Notes under the pieces: model-generated | Seen by the model: only the letters and a program-made list of their open reading frames with translations | Told to the model about the DNA's origin: nothing | The model's database searches: none | DNA from: Plasmodiophora brassicae | Lineage: Eukaryota | Direction: 5' to 3' | DNA length: 64,000 nt | Assembly: GCA_036867785.1 (NCBI GenBank) | Contig: CP145423.1 | Span: 434,001-498,000 of the forward strand | In this document: positions 25,003-36,462 of the stretch, piece after piece | Position numbering within the stretch: position 1 is the stretch's first letter | How the letters are laid out: every line of letters begins with the position of its first letter | Position numbers and translations under genes: made by a program

Positions 25003-25209
25003 ATGAATCCGGCGCCGTCGCCAGTCGCCACTGGTGTCGGCAGTCGCGCACAACCCATCGGGGGGCCTGACTGGACTCTGAGTCTGACTGGGCGCACGCA
25101 TCTGGCCTGCCGCCGCGGCACAATGAATCCGGGGCCGTCGCCACTGGTGTCGGCAGTCGCGCACAACCCATCTGGGAAGTGGGAGCCTGACTGGACTCTG
25201 AGTCCTGAC
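25003..25209 (+). repeat. ~110-120-bp unit repeat preceding the Mug135-like genes (also at ~23696-23806 and ~40471-40695; inverted copy ~24915-24995)
   Basis: Repeated GGCGCCGTCGCCACTGGTGTCGGCAGTCGCGCACAACCCATC..CTGACTGGACTCTGAG..CTGGCCTGCCGCCG. Confidence 0.85.
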
Positions 25210-25931
25210 TAGTGTTGTATTTTAAAATATTTTGGGAATTTCGAATATTTTAAATATTTTAAAATGCATTTTAAAATATACTCGAATATTTTTTATTCAG
25301 AAATACCATTACCACAGCACAGCGGCACATAGCGACGCCGATAGCAGTACGTATACTCCAGTCACGTTCGTTGCGGCCGGTTATAACCATTCCCTCTAAT
25401 TCGACAACTTCCTCGAAGTCGAAGTTGCCCAGGTACTGTACTGACCAAGAATGCTCGATGGGTAAGTTGCGCTCGTCAGTCCGGCCTGTACTCGCATGAC
25501 GATCCAAAGTTTGCTTGGAGTATGGAACACGGTCGGAGCACTGATTGCACTCTGCTTGATCCAAAGCGCAACCGGCAGGTTTCGGAATCCGTTTGAACTG
25601 CTCATGGATGCTATCTCGGGGGCACTCACGCTTACATACGACCCATCGGCGTCGGGACTACGTCGTCTCCGGGCTCCGGCGTCGGTCGACACTCGGGACT
25701 GACAAGCGTAAGCACGCAAACTGCATGCCTCGCGAACTTGAAACGGACTATGGACCCACGTACCACGAGTCTACGACCCCGTGATGCCCTGTGATGGTCG
25801 CCTGGCACCTAGGGCCTGCTCTGCATGCTGGGCAATTTAAAATATAAAAAATGGCCCAAAATTCAGGAGGTATTTTAAAATGTATTTTAAATACCTATTT
25901 AAAATACGTATTTCAAATACCCGCATCACTA
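25210..25931. mobile_element. Non-autonomous hAT-type element (722 bp)
   Basis: Ends TAGTGTTG..CATCACTA; 8-bp TSD GTCCTGAC at 25202-25209 and 25932-25939; AT-rich TATTTTAAA subterminal repeats; BED-finger-like remnant CNQC..LDRH; the empty site is seen at the paralogous loci. Confidence 0.85.
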
Positions 25932-25973
25932 GTCCTGACTGGGCGCCCGCATCTGGCCTGCCGCCGCGGCACA

Positions 25974-26573
25974 ATGAATCCGGCGCCGATTGTTGCGGAC
26001 GCCGGCGTCAACGCCATCTTGCCAGCGATCCCGGCGGCACCGCCGCTTCAGCGGGTGCGCGCCGCCCATTTACGTCTCAGGGTCGCCGAGGCCCGCAATG
26101 CGTCGTCCGGCGGTCTCGCCGTGACGACGTCAGAACTGGGCGACCACGTCACGTTCGTTGTCGCCTGCGCCAACGCCAACATCCCGGGCGCCGTCGCCGC
26201 CGGCGCGGGACCGCCCGCCTGGGCCGCGCCGCTGCTCGAGCTTCCGGCACAAGTTGCCGCTTTACAAGGTCAAGTTGCCGCAGTACGAGAGCAACTCGTC
26301 GCGCAAAACGCCGCGATGCAAGCGCTAGACGCGCGGATCCTCAACGGGACGGTTGAGGCGCCTGACGACATGATCGTGGCCGTTCTCAACGCGGCCGGCG
26401 ATGCCGTGCCGGCGGCGTTCCCGGCGACGCGTCGGCAACTAACGGCGCTGACCGGCGCTCACGCGAACGGTCTGCTGGCCTATTACGGAATGCCGGCGGG
26501 CGGCACCGTCGCGCAGCGCCGTCGGCGTCTGGCGCGCCGTCTCGGCGTGCGGAATGTAGGCATTATCCAGTAG
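25974..26573 (+). CDS. Mug135-like heptad-repeat protein, copy 2 (1 repeat unit), intact
   Basis: Near-identical to copies 1 and 3; ends RRRRLARRLGVRNVGIIQ. Confidence 0.75.
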   Translation: MNPAPIVADAGVNAILPAIPAAPPLQRVRAAHLRLRVAEARNASSGGLAVTTSELGDHVTFVVACANANIPGAVAAGAGPPAWAAPLLELPAQVAALQGQVAAVREQLVAQNAAMQALDARILNGTVEAPDDMIVAVLNAAGDAVPAAFPATRRQLTALTGAHANGLLAYYGMPAGGTVAQRRRRLARRLGVRNVGIIQ

Positions 26574-26820
26574 TCCTGATCCGATCCCTCGAGCGGACAT
26601 AACCCGCCGTTTCTTGAACACGGTCCTTGACGAAGTGTGGGTTTCAGAGCGTGTTTCAAGTAAAAATAGAGCAAAATCTGTCAGACTTTCGCCCAGTAGC
26701 TTCAGCCTCGATCGGGATGCCCTCGGAACATTCCGAGAGGCCACTGACCAGCTGACTGCGCAATCTATAAAAATCATTCTGTTGCTGTATCACGTCGGGG
26801 CGGACCGTCAACTTCTGACA

Positions 26821-26840
26821 GATTAACAGTCGTACGCGCT
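26821..26840 (+). promoter_or_regulatory. Primer-binding site complementary to the D-arm/anticodon arm of tRNA-Asn(GUU)
   Basis: Reverse complement AGCGC-G-TACGA-CTGTTAA-TC gives a D-stem 3' strand, anticodon stem and a loop with GTT; it directly abuts the 5' LTR. Confidence 0.7.
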
Positions 26841-26843
26841 GTG

Positions 26844-29800
26844 ATGTCGAACGAGGCGGCCGAGCAAGTGGGCAAGAAGAGCATGGGGTCGCTTGCCCGG
26901 ATCAGGGACGCGGCCGAAGACTTCAAGGAAGCATTCGTCACCGACACACTGGCGACAGAATCACTGAGGCCTGAGCACGAGCTCGCGAGAGAGGTGGTTG
27001 TCGATAGCATCAATTGCATGGCTGTCTGCAAGTAAAATTGGACGAGAGCGATGAAGGCGCTGAAGCTGGAGGACGATGACGACGTTGACGTCGTCGCTGC
27101 CATGATGCTGACCATGCGAGTGACGGAGGACTGGTTGGAACTTCTAGAGGACATGTACTGCGATCGCCTAGGGGTCAGGAGGAAGCGAACGCAAGCATCG
27201 GAGCGGGCGCAGGCATTGCGATCGAACCCTGAATCAGTTACGCGATCGGCCACGCCAAAGGAACTTGGGATCTCGACCAGAGTGGCGAAGTACTCAGGGA
27301 CAGACGGTATCTGTGCGACGTGGTTCGTTGACTTTGAGGGCATCATGAACCTGCTCCAAGTTGACCAGGCGATGTGGCGCGTATATCTGAACGGATGTTT
27401 CGTGGGCAAGGCAGGGAAGGCGTACACGACGTTCAAGCAGAGCCGGCCCGATGGATGGAGCTATGATGAGCTGAAGGAATACATGGTCGGCATGTTTGAC
27501 ACCAAGGAGATGAAGGACTTATCGAGGGACTTAGACTGGATTCGTCAACAACCGAAGGAGATGGCGAGTGACTTCAGACTACGCTGGGAGTAACTGATGT
27601 CCAAGATTACCCAGAAGGGGACGGTGATGACGGAGGAGTTTCAGATTTCGATTTTGAGGAACCGAATGTTGAGACGTTACGACTTGGATGTCAAGGACTT
27701 CAAGACTAAGGGTGAGCTGTTCAAGCACTGCATCGCCAAAGACCCTAAAGGCATGCGATCGAGCAAGAGGGACGGCAAGAAAGAGGATGGCGAAGATACA
27801 GTGATGTTCACTTTGAAGAACGGGAAGAAGGTCAACCTGGCCACCGTTAAGTGTCACCGATGCAACCAGATGGGACACTTCCAGTGGATGAAAGACAAGT
27901 GTGAAAAGGCCGGCAGTGACGACGGCAAAGATGAGGACGGAGAGATGTTCATGACGGTCAAGGACAAGGGCAAGTTCGACGAGGACATCTGGGTGAATGA
28001 CGATGCAGCCCCGTGGCACGTTTGCAATTCGCGGGAGGCATTTGTGGACATGGACGAATGCCAGGGCAAGGTATTGGGAGGCGGCAAAGAGTATGAGGGC
28101 GCCGACATCGTGGGGATCGGGACCGTGCGGATCACGACAGGGAATGGCAATCAGATCACGCTCAAGGAGACGCGATACGTGCCGAGCTTCAAGACCAATC
28201 TCATATCCGGTCAAAGAGTGATTGACACGGGATGTACGGTGAGCGGAGACAAGACGAAACTGGAGTACATGCGCAAGGGCAAAGTGGTGCTGAGCATGGC
28301 TCGGTACAAAGGGTATTGGGCGCTGAGGGCAACTCCGGAGCCTCAGTCGGTTCTATTCGGACAACCTGGACCGGCGGTGCCGCTGAGCACGTGGCACGAA
28401 CGCCTTGGACATGCATCGTATGACAAGCTGATGAAGTTGATCAAAGAAGAATCGTGCGAGGGCCTAAACGCGTCGGACGTCAAGGCACCTGAGGGGAAGT
28501 GTGTCGATTGCTTTATCGGGAAAAGCAAACGGCAGGCATTCGTGAAAGAAGGCGACGAGGCGAGGGAAATCGGAGAAGTGATACACGCGGACATCAGTGG
28601 CAAGCTCTCTGTCAGGGGACGGAGTGGGAACTGGTACTTCTCCGTACTTCGAGACAAGAAGAGCCGACATGGATGGGTGAAGCTGATCAAGCGGAAAAGC
28701 GAGGCAGGCCAGCACTTCATGGAGTTCAAGCCCTGGTTCGAGCGCCAGACAGGGAGGAAGATCAGAAGATATGCCAACGACAAGGGAGGCGAATACGTGT
28801 CGAAAGAGCTGCGGGAGTATCTGAACGCTGAGGGCATTGAGATTTGGGAGACCAACACTGCCACACCGAATGAGAACGGACTTGCCGAACGATACGTGGG
28901 AATGATCAAGGACATGGCGACTACGAACCACGAACGATCAGGCCTACCGAGAATGTTCTGGGATGATGCCGTGGAACACGCTGGAGTCATCACACCACTT
29001 CTACCAACGAACAAAGTGGAAGACGGGAAGACACCATTCGAGATCATCCACGGGCGGAAGCCACGAGTTTCCCAACTAAGACCATTCGGATGCCAGGCCA
29101 TCGTGTACCAGTCGAAAGACACGCGAAGGAGCTCGAGATCCAAAGCCAAGGGCATCGAAGGAGTGATGATCGGGTATGCGCCCAGCCGCCCAGGGTACAA
29201 GATCTACATCACAACGTCCAAGAAGGTGATCGTTTCAAGAGATGTCGTGTTTAACGAGCATGTGTTCCCCTACAAAATCGTACAGGAGGAGGCGAAGGCG
29301 AAGATGATTATGAACGAGATGGCAATGTTCACTGACGACGAGCCCGACGTGAGAATGCAAGACGTAATGAACGAAGTCATGTTCCAGCAGACCAAGGCGA
29401 GTGAGGTACCACTACCGACATCGTACGAGGAGGCGATCGCGGATGAGAACTGGAAAAGAGCAATTGAGGACGAGCAAGAGGCCATGAGAAATCGCGACGT
29501 GTTCCGACTGATGCCATTGCCGACGGGTCGAAAGGCACTGAAGTGTGACTACGTGTACAAGGCGAAGGCAAATCCTGATGGGTCCGTGAGCAAGTATAAG
29601 GCGCGACTTGTTGCGAAGGGGTACGAACAGGTGAAGGGGATTGACTACGTCGATACCTTTGCACCGGTGGCGAAGCTAGCAACTCTGAGGCTGCTGATTG
29701 GGCTGAAAGTGGTACGACGATACACCGCCTGGCAGAGGGATGTCAAAACGGCATTCCTGTATGCTGACCTGAAGGAGGACGTGTACATCCAACAGCCAAA

Positions 29801-30989
29801 AGGGATGGAAGATGATGACCACCCGGACTGGGTGTGGAAGCTGAATAAGTCGATCTACGGGCTGAAACAAGCATCGATCGAGTTTTACAAGCATCTAGTG
29901 AGCGCATTCCTGAAGGGCGGATTCGAACAATGCAAGAGTGATCCCTGTCTACTGAGGAAGGTCGATGGTGCCGATGTCGTGTTCGTGGCATTTCATGTCG
30001 ACGACATTCCGATTGTGGGGAGCTCGACCCGAATTATGCTCGAGGCTGACCAAGTGCTGAAAGATAATTTCACCGTCGAGGAGAGCGAGTTCGAATGGAT
30101 ACTGGGGATCAACATGAAGTGGTCGCCAGACGGAGGCGTACACCTTAGTCAAGAATCGTTCGTTGAGATGCTCCTGACCAAGTTCCACCTGACGAGCGCC
30201 AAGGGTGCGACCACACCGATTCAAAAGGGGGAGACTATATCAGCACGGGGGAGCCCAAGGACTGATGAAGAGCGGATGGAGTGCAAGCGGCTACCATACC
30301 GGGAGCTAGTCGGATCTCTACTGTACCTCACCGGAACGAGACCTGATATTGCGTTTGTGGTGGGACGACTGTGCCGTTTCATGAGCTGCTACGGCGTGGA
30401 TCATTACGAGGCAGCCAAGCGAGTACTAAGGTATTTGAAGACGACGAAGCACATGGCGTTGAAGTACTCTGGCTGCGAACAGAGCGAACAACTGAAGCTC
30501 ATCGTCGACTCTGATCACGCAGGGTGCCCTGACACTGGAAGGTCCACGACCGGGTACATGATCAAGTTCGGCGAGTGTATGATTACGTGGAAATCGGTGC
30601 TGCAGAAGACTGTGGCGCTGTCAACCACCGAGGCCGAGTACATGGCCTTATGTAGCGGCGTACGCGAGCTACTGTGGGTGAAGCAGGTGTGTGAGTTTCT
30701 TCAGGTCAAATTTGAAGGACCAATCGCGGTATTCACGGACAACACTGGAGCGATGGCCATTTCGAACCACCAAGGGGACGACCTGCGTGGGAGGACCAAG
30801 CATATGAACGTGCGCTACCACTTCACGAAAGAACAAGTACATGCAGGAACCATTAAGCTGCACCATGTACCGAGCACGAAGAACATTGCAGACATTCTCA
30901 CAAAGCCACTAACGAGGGATGCGTTTGAGGGGCATCGGGCGAGGATCCCGATCGATTCTGCGGGGGAGTGTCAGACTTTCGCCCAGTAG
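26844..30989 (+). pseudogene. Copia gag-pol in one frame, interrupted by TAA at 27033 and 27591
   Basis: CHRCNQMGH knuckle; WHERLGH..CVDC; HADISG/DKGGEY/NGLAER integrase; KARLVAKG, FHVDD RT; DSDHAG, TEAEY, ADILTK RNase H. Confidence 0.9.
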
Positions 30990-31261
30990 CTTCAGCCTCG
31001 ATCGGGATGCCCTCGGAACATTCCGAGAGGCCACTGACCAGCTGACTGCGCAATCTATAAAAATCATTCTGTTGCTGTATCACGTCGGGGCGGACCGTCA
31101 ACTTCTGACAAAATCAATAGAGGTCCTGACCAACAGGTTCGAAGTTACACGTTACGTGTACCTCTTTTTTCTAAAAAACAATAGAGGTGACGGCGTCCGC
31201 AACGGTACGGCATCGTTGTCGACCAGAAATGTGCTGTGTAGCGACTGAATGTGCTTCAGAG

Positions 31262-31852
31262 ATGACTGGGCGCATCGTGGCAACCATTGCTGCCGCTCAG
31301 GGTGCTGCGGTGACCATCTGTGCGGCCGCTCGTGCTGTGATTGCCTCGCGTAACCTACTCGATGGTCGAAAATTTCGACAGCCTGCATCGAAACGCATCT
31401 CCATGCGCGCCGGCCAGTTTCGCGACGCGTGCAATGACAGCGCGTTTAATGAAGGATGGTTCAAAGAGCACTTGCGCTGCACGAAAGCGTCGTTTGACCA
31501 GATAGCCAAGATGGTGTCAGAGTACTGGCATCTTGAGAACGATCCGATCAAGGAGACCGCCGCATTCTTCCTGCCAGAACGTGTTGGCCCCTCTCGCGAT
31601 CAGCAGCCTTCAACTTGCGATACTGGGCGAGCACCTGCTGGTACTTGCTATTGATCTTCTCAAGCGGCACATCCAAGCTGATTGTTGAACATGACAGCCA
31701 GTCGCTGCCAACCCTTGCTGACTGCGAAGTTGCTCCTTGGACGCCAGAAGCACTTCCACCATATCTGCCCGCCACGATGAGGTTTCGCTGGTCTCCTCTC
31801 CTTTCGCGAGCCGACCACGTTTCCTCTTCGGTGTCTCGTCCGACTTCTCCAT
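31262..31852. pseudogene. Internally deleted PIF/Harbinger element: transposase N-terminus (+) fused to Myb/SANT-like gene N-terminus (-)
   Basis: WFKEHLRCTKASFDQI (Harbinger F..FRM....F motif) on plus; PKRKRGR..WRADMVEVLL and KINSKYQQVLAQYRKLK on minus; both break at ~31586. Confidence 0.6.
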
Positions 31853-32011
31853 GGCGTCTACCGGTCTACTTGCAGTGAGCTGCAGACTCCATGGACTCCG
31901 TGAGCCTACTTCGGAAAATAGAGGTGCAATTGAGGTTGCCCTCTATCAGACTATCACCACCAAAAGCTGCGATACTCCTGAGGAGGTTTTTTCTGGGAAA
32001 TATCCGTGACA

Positions 32012-32926
32012 TCATCCCTGCGGAGACTCCGTAGGAGGTTCCTCATGCCAGACCTGTGGTGGAGACTGTGGCTGGAGTCTCCGTGGGAGTGTCTGTAAAA
32101 AGCTCCATGGGAGGTCGACGTCGAGGGTGCACAGGATGTTTTCACGGCGGAGCTCCTGAGGAGGCTTTCCAGACATACTCCGCACGAGGTCCTCCGTCAG
32201 GAATCCGTGGTCACTGACCACGGCGATCGGTTCGCACTTCGCAGCACGCATGCACCGAAGCGTGGTTGCAATTTGTATTGTAAGCTGGTGCAGAAGATTA
32301 GTGTGAGACTCGTGAGTCTTTAGACTGGGCGTCTCCATCAGGGACATGAGGTAATACGTCGTCGCCTCCAACAGGGACAGGTGCATCGTTGCCTTCCTCA
32401 CAGCCGTTGTCGTGACCGTCAGTGACACTAGGCATGTTCTCGTCTCCGAACTCGCCGAACATTCGTTGTCCTTGGTTATGTAAGCGATCATACTGCGGCG
32501 AGCCTCGTCTCCACGGCCGCCGCTCCTCAGCTTGTCTAATCGTTCGAGCTCTTTGTCGATTGCCTGCCAGTAACCTGACCGCTTGTTACGATGCGCACGC
32601 AACAGGACGGCGCGTTCGATCTTGGCGTCGACAGCTTGAACCGATTCTGATACGCCCAAAGGTGGAGGAAACACGAATAGCGCGAATTCTTTAGGCGGGA
32701 GGTTGTGGGCATCGCCGTGACTCTTCTTCGTTGATCCCAGAACCTTTTGCTTTAGTTCGTGCCGCGTGTGACTTATGCGATCGGCGATCACTTTCGCTAC
32801 CTTATCGAGCATATGTTTTGTCGCTGCTATCAGCTCCTTGTTCAGCTGGCACTGCCCAGTATTTGCCAACGACACGGCCAGCTGTGTCGGATTGAGCATG
32901 TACTTCGGAAGTGTCGGGTCCATCAT
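32012..32926 (-). CDS. Hypothetical, probably transposon-associated protein (degenerate)
   Basis: Helical ORF (ISHTRHELKQKV..RAVLLR..YWQAIDKELERL) next to short CTCC/GGAG repeats within the TE island. Confidence 0.3.
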   Translation of the reverse strand: MMDPTLPKYMLNPTQLAVSLANTGQCQLNKELIAATKHMLDKVAKVIADRISHTRHELKQKVLGSTKKSHGDAHNLPPKEFALFVFPPPLGVSESVQAVDAKIERAVLLRAHRNKRSGYWQAIDKELERLDKLRSGGRGDEARRSMIAYITKDNECSASSETRTCLVSLTVTTTAVRKATMHLSLLEATTYYLMSLMETPSLKTHESHTNLLHQLTIQIATTLRCMRAAKCEPIAVVSDHGFLTEDLVRSMSGKPPQELRRENILCTLDVDLPWSFLQTLPRRLQPQSPPQVWHEEPPTESPQG

Positions 32927-34229
32927 TTTCGCATCGATAACCTGATGGAGAGACGCGACAACATCTTTCGGTACGGTACGGTCCAGTTAACAATATACGT
33001 CATATGCATATCGTATCAAATCACAATCGGAATGTTGATCAGAGTTAAACAGGTCGCACCTGCACGTTGCGCATCTGAATATTGGTTATGAGACGCGTCT
33101 TCCAAGTATTGTATTAGTCCGATTGGCAACCTCGACGTTTACGTTGCCTGGCAGCCTCGGCCACTGTCACTCTGTTGAGATGAACTTGCCAGATGCGAGC
33201 TGATTCAGAATCGATATCAACGTCAGGCAACTTGACCGGAAACATGCATCGTGCAAGTGGAGTATCAATACAGTGCACATTTACCAGGAACGTTTTTTGT
33301 TCCAGGCAGCCTGGAGTGCTGTTGTTTCCTTGCTGCCGAGAGGCGTACCAGTCGCAGCCAGCCAACGCGCACGCATGCTGGACGTTCAGGACACCGGATA
33401 TGCTCAAGGCAGCGTTGCGTTGTGAGCGCCACCAGAACGGGGCAAAGATTGTAACTCTCTTCGGTAACACGACAATCCTGAACGACAACTGACATTGTCA
33501 CGCCCAAGCTCCCTGCAGATCCACGGCTTGCTGTGAAGTGTGCCAGGCGGACGACCCGACCAACGGTTCGGTCCTCGAATGCGACGAAAATTGCCGACTT
33601 TGACCTTGCCGATCGACGGATCTGGACTGTCGGCAACCACCCACGAAGCTTAAAAAAAAACGTTGCGCGCGCAAGGTACGGCACGTTGCGCGCGCAACGT
33701 TGCGCAAGTTTGCGCAAGTTCGCGCAAGTTTGCGCATGGTTTGCGCATGGTTGTCGGCCCACCGTTGTGGCCTATGGGTGCTCGATGCCGTGGCGGACCG
33801 CAGCCTGCGCGGCCATTGTGGTTTGTTGGTGAGCAATGAACAGTATTCGCATCGAGGAGGTGGATATAAGGGTCGCATCTAGGAAATTCCTTTGGTATGC
33901 GTTGTTGCCGTTGATCTACCACAGACAACCTCTTCTGACGGATTTCTAACCGAAGCCGGAGGCCTGGATCTGGTGCCTTGTGCTGTGGGCGGAGCGGCGT
34001 AAAGGGGCATATTATCGTCGTTGTGCAAGGGATCTTGGAGGCCCACCATACGATGAGGTCGACTTACGTGTCACATCTTCACTGCGTCGACCAAACCACA
34101 GCCTGGGGACACCAGATCTGGGGTACACCCTTGTTTGCTAACATGTGCTGGTCGCGCCTCAAATGATGTACACACATAGGTATCGCAAAGCAGCTGGGGT
34201 GGGATAGGTATCCTCCGTACAAGGAAATC

Positions 34230-34860
34230 GTGTCACCCCCAGAAATGGACGACAATGGCAGGAGTCGGCAGCCGTTTAAACTGCCCAGCGGTCAGTTAGA
34301 CTCAACGGTATATCTCGTACACGTACCGGGGGACGGTCATTGCGCTGCGCATGCGCTGGCTAAAGCCGGCGTACATGGTGCGGATAGTGCACAGGCGATT
34401 CTTAGGAAGACTGCCGCGTACTATGAGGTTCGAACAATCTTGAACGTAGTGCAGTTCTGCAATGTGCACTGGTGCGGTATAGTTGCCTCAGCGCGAAGAA
34501 GAGTGGTGTTTCTTTACGATCCGTTGATGCGCAAGTCGTTTCAGGACCGATTGCGTTCGATCTGGCACATGTATCTGGCCGAACGTTTGCCAGGTGGGGA
34601 GCAATATAAAGTGGTCCACGTTCGCCCGTTTGTCAAGAGCTGTGACGACCTGTTGTGGTGGGCCAACCACCCAGACCTATACAAATACGCCAACAAGCAA
34701 GTAGACTCGTGGAACTGCGGCGTGTACGTGCTGCAGTGGTTCGAGAGCGTTCTGTGGGAGATGAGCGGCGGCCCCCAACGTCTGGAACCCCGTCACCTGC
34801 CAATGATGCGGCTGTACTACATGGCAATGATTTGTGGTTACGTACGATCACCGATGTATG
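34230..34860 (+). pseudogene. OTU-like N-terminal fragment joined to a Ulp1/C48 protease catalytic core
   Basis: VPGDGHC (OTU Cys loop); HWCGIV, LYDPL and QVDSWNCGVYV (Ulp1 His/Asp/Gln/Cys). Confidence 0.7.
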
Positions 34861-35816
34861 TAAATCATCCGAATGAATATACAGTTTCCGCTCGCTGTGA
34901 ACGTCTAATAATGACAATACTCCCATCGTCCAATCGCTGTTCGACTCAACGCAGCACGGCACCTACCGCATCACGCAATGACCAGCGCTGCAGTACGTGC
35001 TTACGTACCGCGTACAATGCGAACCGAGCACCGCACCGCCGCTGCTGGTCGTTATCGGCTGAGCGGCACTGTGCGTACTGTCACCGTGCTCGCGCGATCG
35101 GTCATCACATCGCCTGCCGACCTGCGCCACAGCTCCTTAACCGTATTTGCCCAGCTCCTAAATGTCGTCTTTGACATCGTCGTCGCCGCCCGACTCTCGG
35201 CGGTCGTCGTTGCGTTTATCCGGGTTGACGTACTCGTGGAGATCGCCGTCGAAGTCGTTGTCTATCGCCATGCCCGATCCCAATCATTCTACGGACGCGG
35301 TTAAGTGCACGATCGCGACGACGGGGACAACGAATACCACAGCGCGTACCTGAAGGCCGTCCTCATTGTGACCGTTGTCGAACTTATCTTGCTGGAGGCC
35401 CAAGAGTTGCTCTTCGTTCTCGATCTGGTCACTGACGTCGGCGCGGCGCACGCTGTAAACGTGGGTCCAACGCTCGCGCCTGGCCGCTGACGAACGCAGA
35501 CACGGATAGAAAAGAGGCTGACAGAGAGTCACAGCCCACACATGCCAGGTTGTAATGGCGCAGGTGGTTGCGGACGGCACAGGCGGCATGCCCTTCCGCA
35601 GATGACCACACCGACAACAACGATTGTTGGTCCCGTGGTAGTCACGAGGCCGGGCGTCCGACGAATGCGATTCGAAACACGGCCCGGCAGCCGAAACCGC
35701 CAGGGCGGGTACGACGCGCACGCATCGTCAATATGCTTTTGTTCTTTATGAGGTCTAATAGCGTTTGCAGCTTTCCCGAACACGACCGCCCGCCCGAACA
35801 TTCGCCCACGGAGGAG

Positions 35817-36322
35817 CCAGTTGCTACCAGTCGTACCAGTTTTGCTACCAGTTGTACCAGTTTTGCTACCAGTTGTACCAGTTTTGCTACCAGTTGTACC
35901 AGTTTTGCTACCAGTTGTACCAGTTTTGCTACCAGTTGTACCAGTTTTGCTACCAGTTGTACCAGTTTTGCTACCAGTTGTACCAGTTTTGCTACCAGTT
36001 GTACCAGTTTTGCTACCAGTTGTACCAGTTTTGCTACCAGTTGTACCAGTTTTGCTACCAGTTGTACCAGTTTTGCTACCAGTTGTACCAGTTTTGCTAC
36101 CAGTTGTACCAGTTTTGCTACCAGTTGTACCAGTTTTGCTACCAGTTGTACCAGTTTTGCTACCAGTTGTACCAGTTTTGCTACCAGTTGTACCAGTTTT
36201 GCTACCAGTTGTACCAGTTTTGCTACCAGTTGTACCAGTTTTGCTACCAGTCGTACCAGGTTTGCTACCAGTTGTACCAGTTTTGCTACCAGTTGTACCA
36301 GTTTTGCTACCAGTTGTACCAG
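35817..36322. repeat. 21-bp minisatellite (TACCAGTTTTGCTACCAGTTG), ~24 copies
   Basis: Near-perfect tandem array seen directly. Confidence 0.97.
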
Positions 36323-36462
36323 TAGTGAGGCAACGTTGCGCAAGTTTGCGCTTGTTTGCGCGCGCAACGTCCGTTTTTTGCCGGGGCCCGCAAAAAGTTT
36401 CTATTTATGGCTTCACGGGTGGTAGGGGGACTGTCAAAGCAGCACGTTGATTGCGAGGAAGG

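Larger units (their letters stand above)
26679..31110 (+). mobile_element. Ty1/Copia LTR retrotransposon, full length
   Basis: Identical 142-bp LTRs 26679-26820 and 30969-31110 (TGTCAGA..TCTGACA); TSD AAATC; PPT GGGGGAG; domain order PR-INT-RT-RH. Confidence 0.97.
33632..36427 (+). mobile_element. Non-autonomous TIR element (MULE-like) carrying OTU and Ulp1 protease remnants and a minisatellite
   Basis: 8-bp direct repeat GGACTGTC at 33624-33631 and 36428-36435; imperfect TIR GGCAACCACCCACGAAGC / GCTTCACGGGTGGTAGGG; TTGCGCGCGCAA subterminal palindromes at both ends. Confidence 0.7.

Noticed and set aside
27033-27593. TAA reassignment (alternative genetic code)
   Set aside because: Several host genes and the recombinase end at TAA, and conserved genes show no internal TAA.
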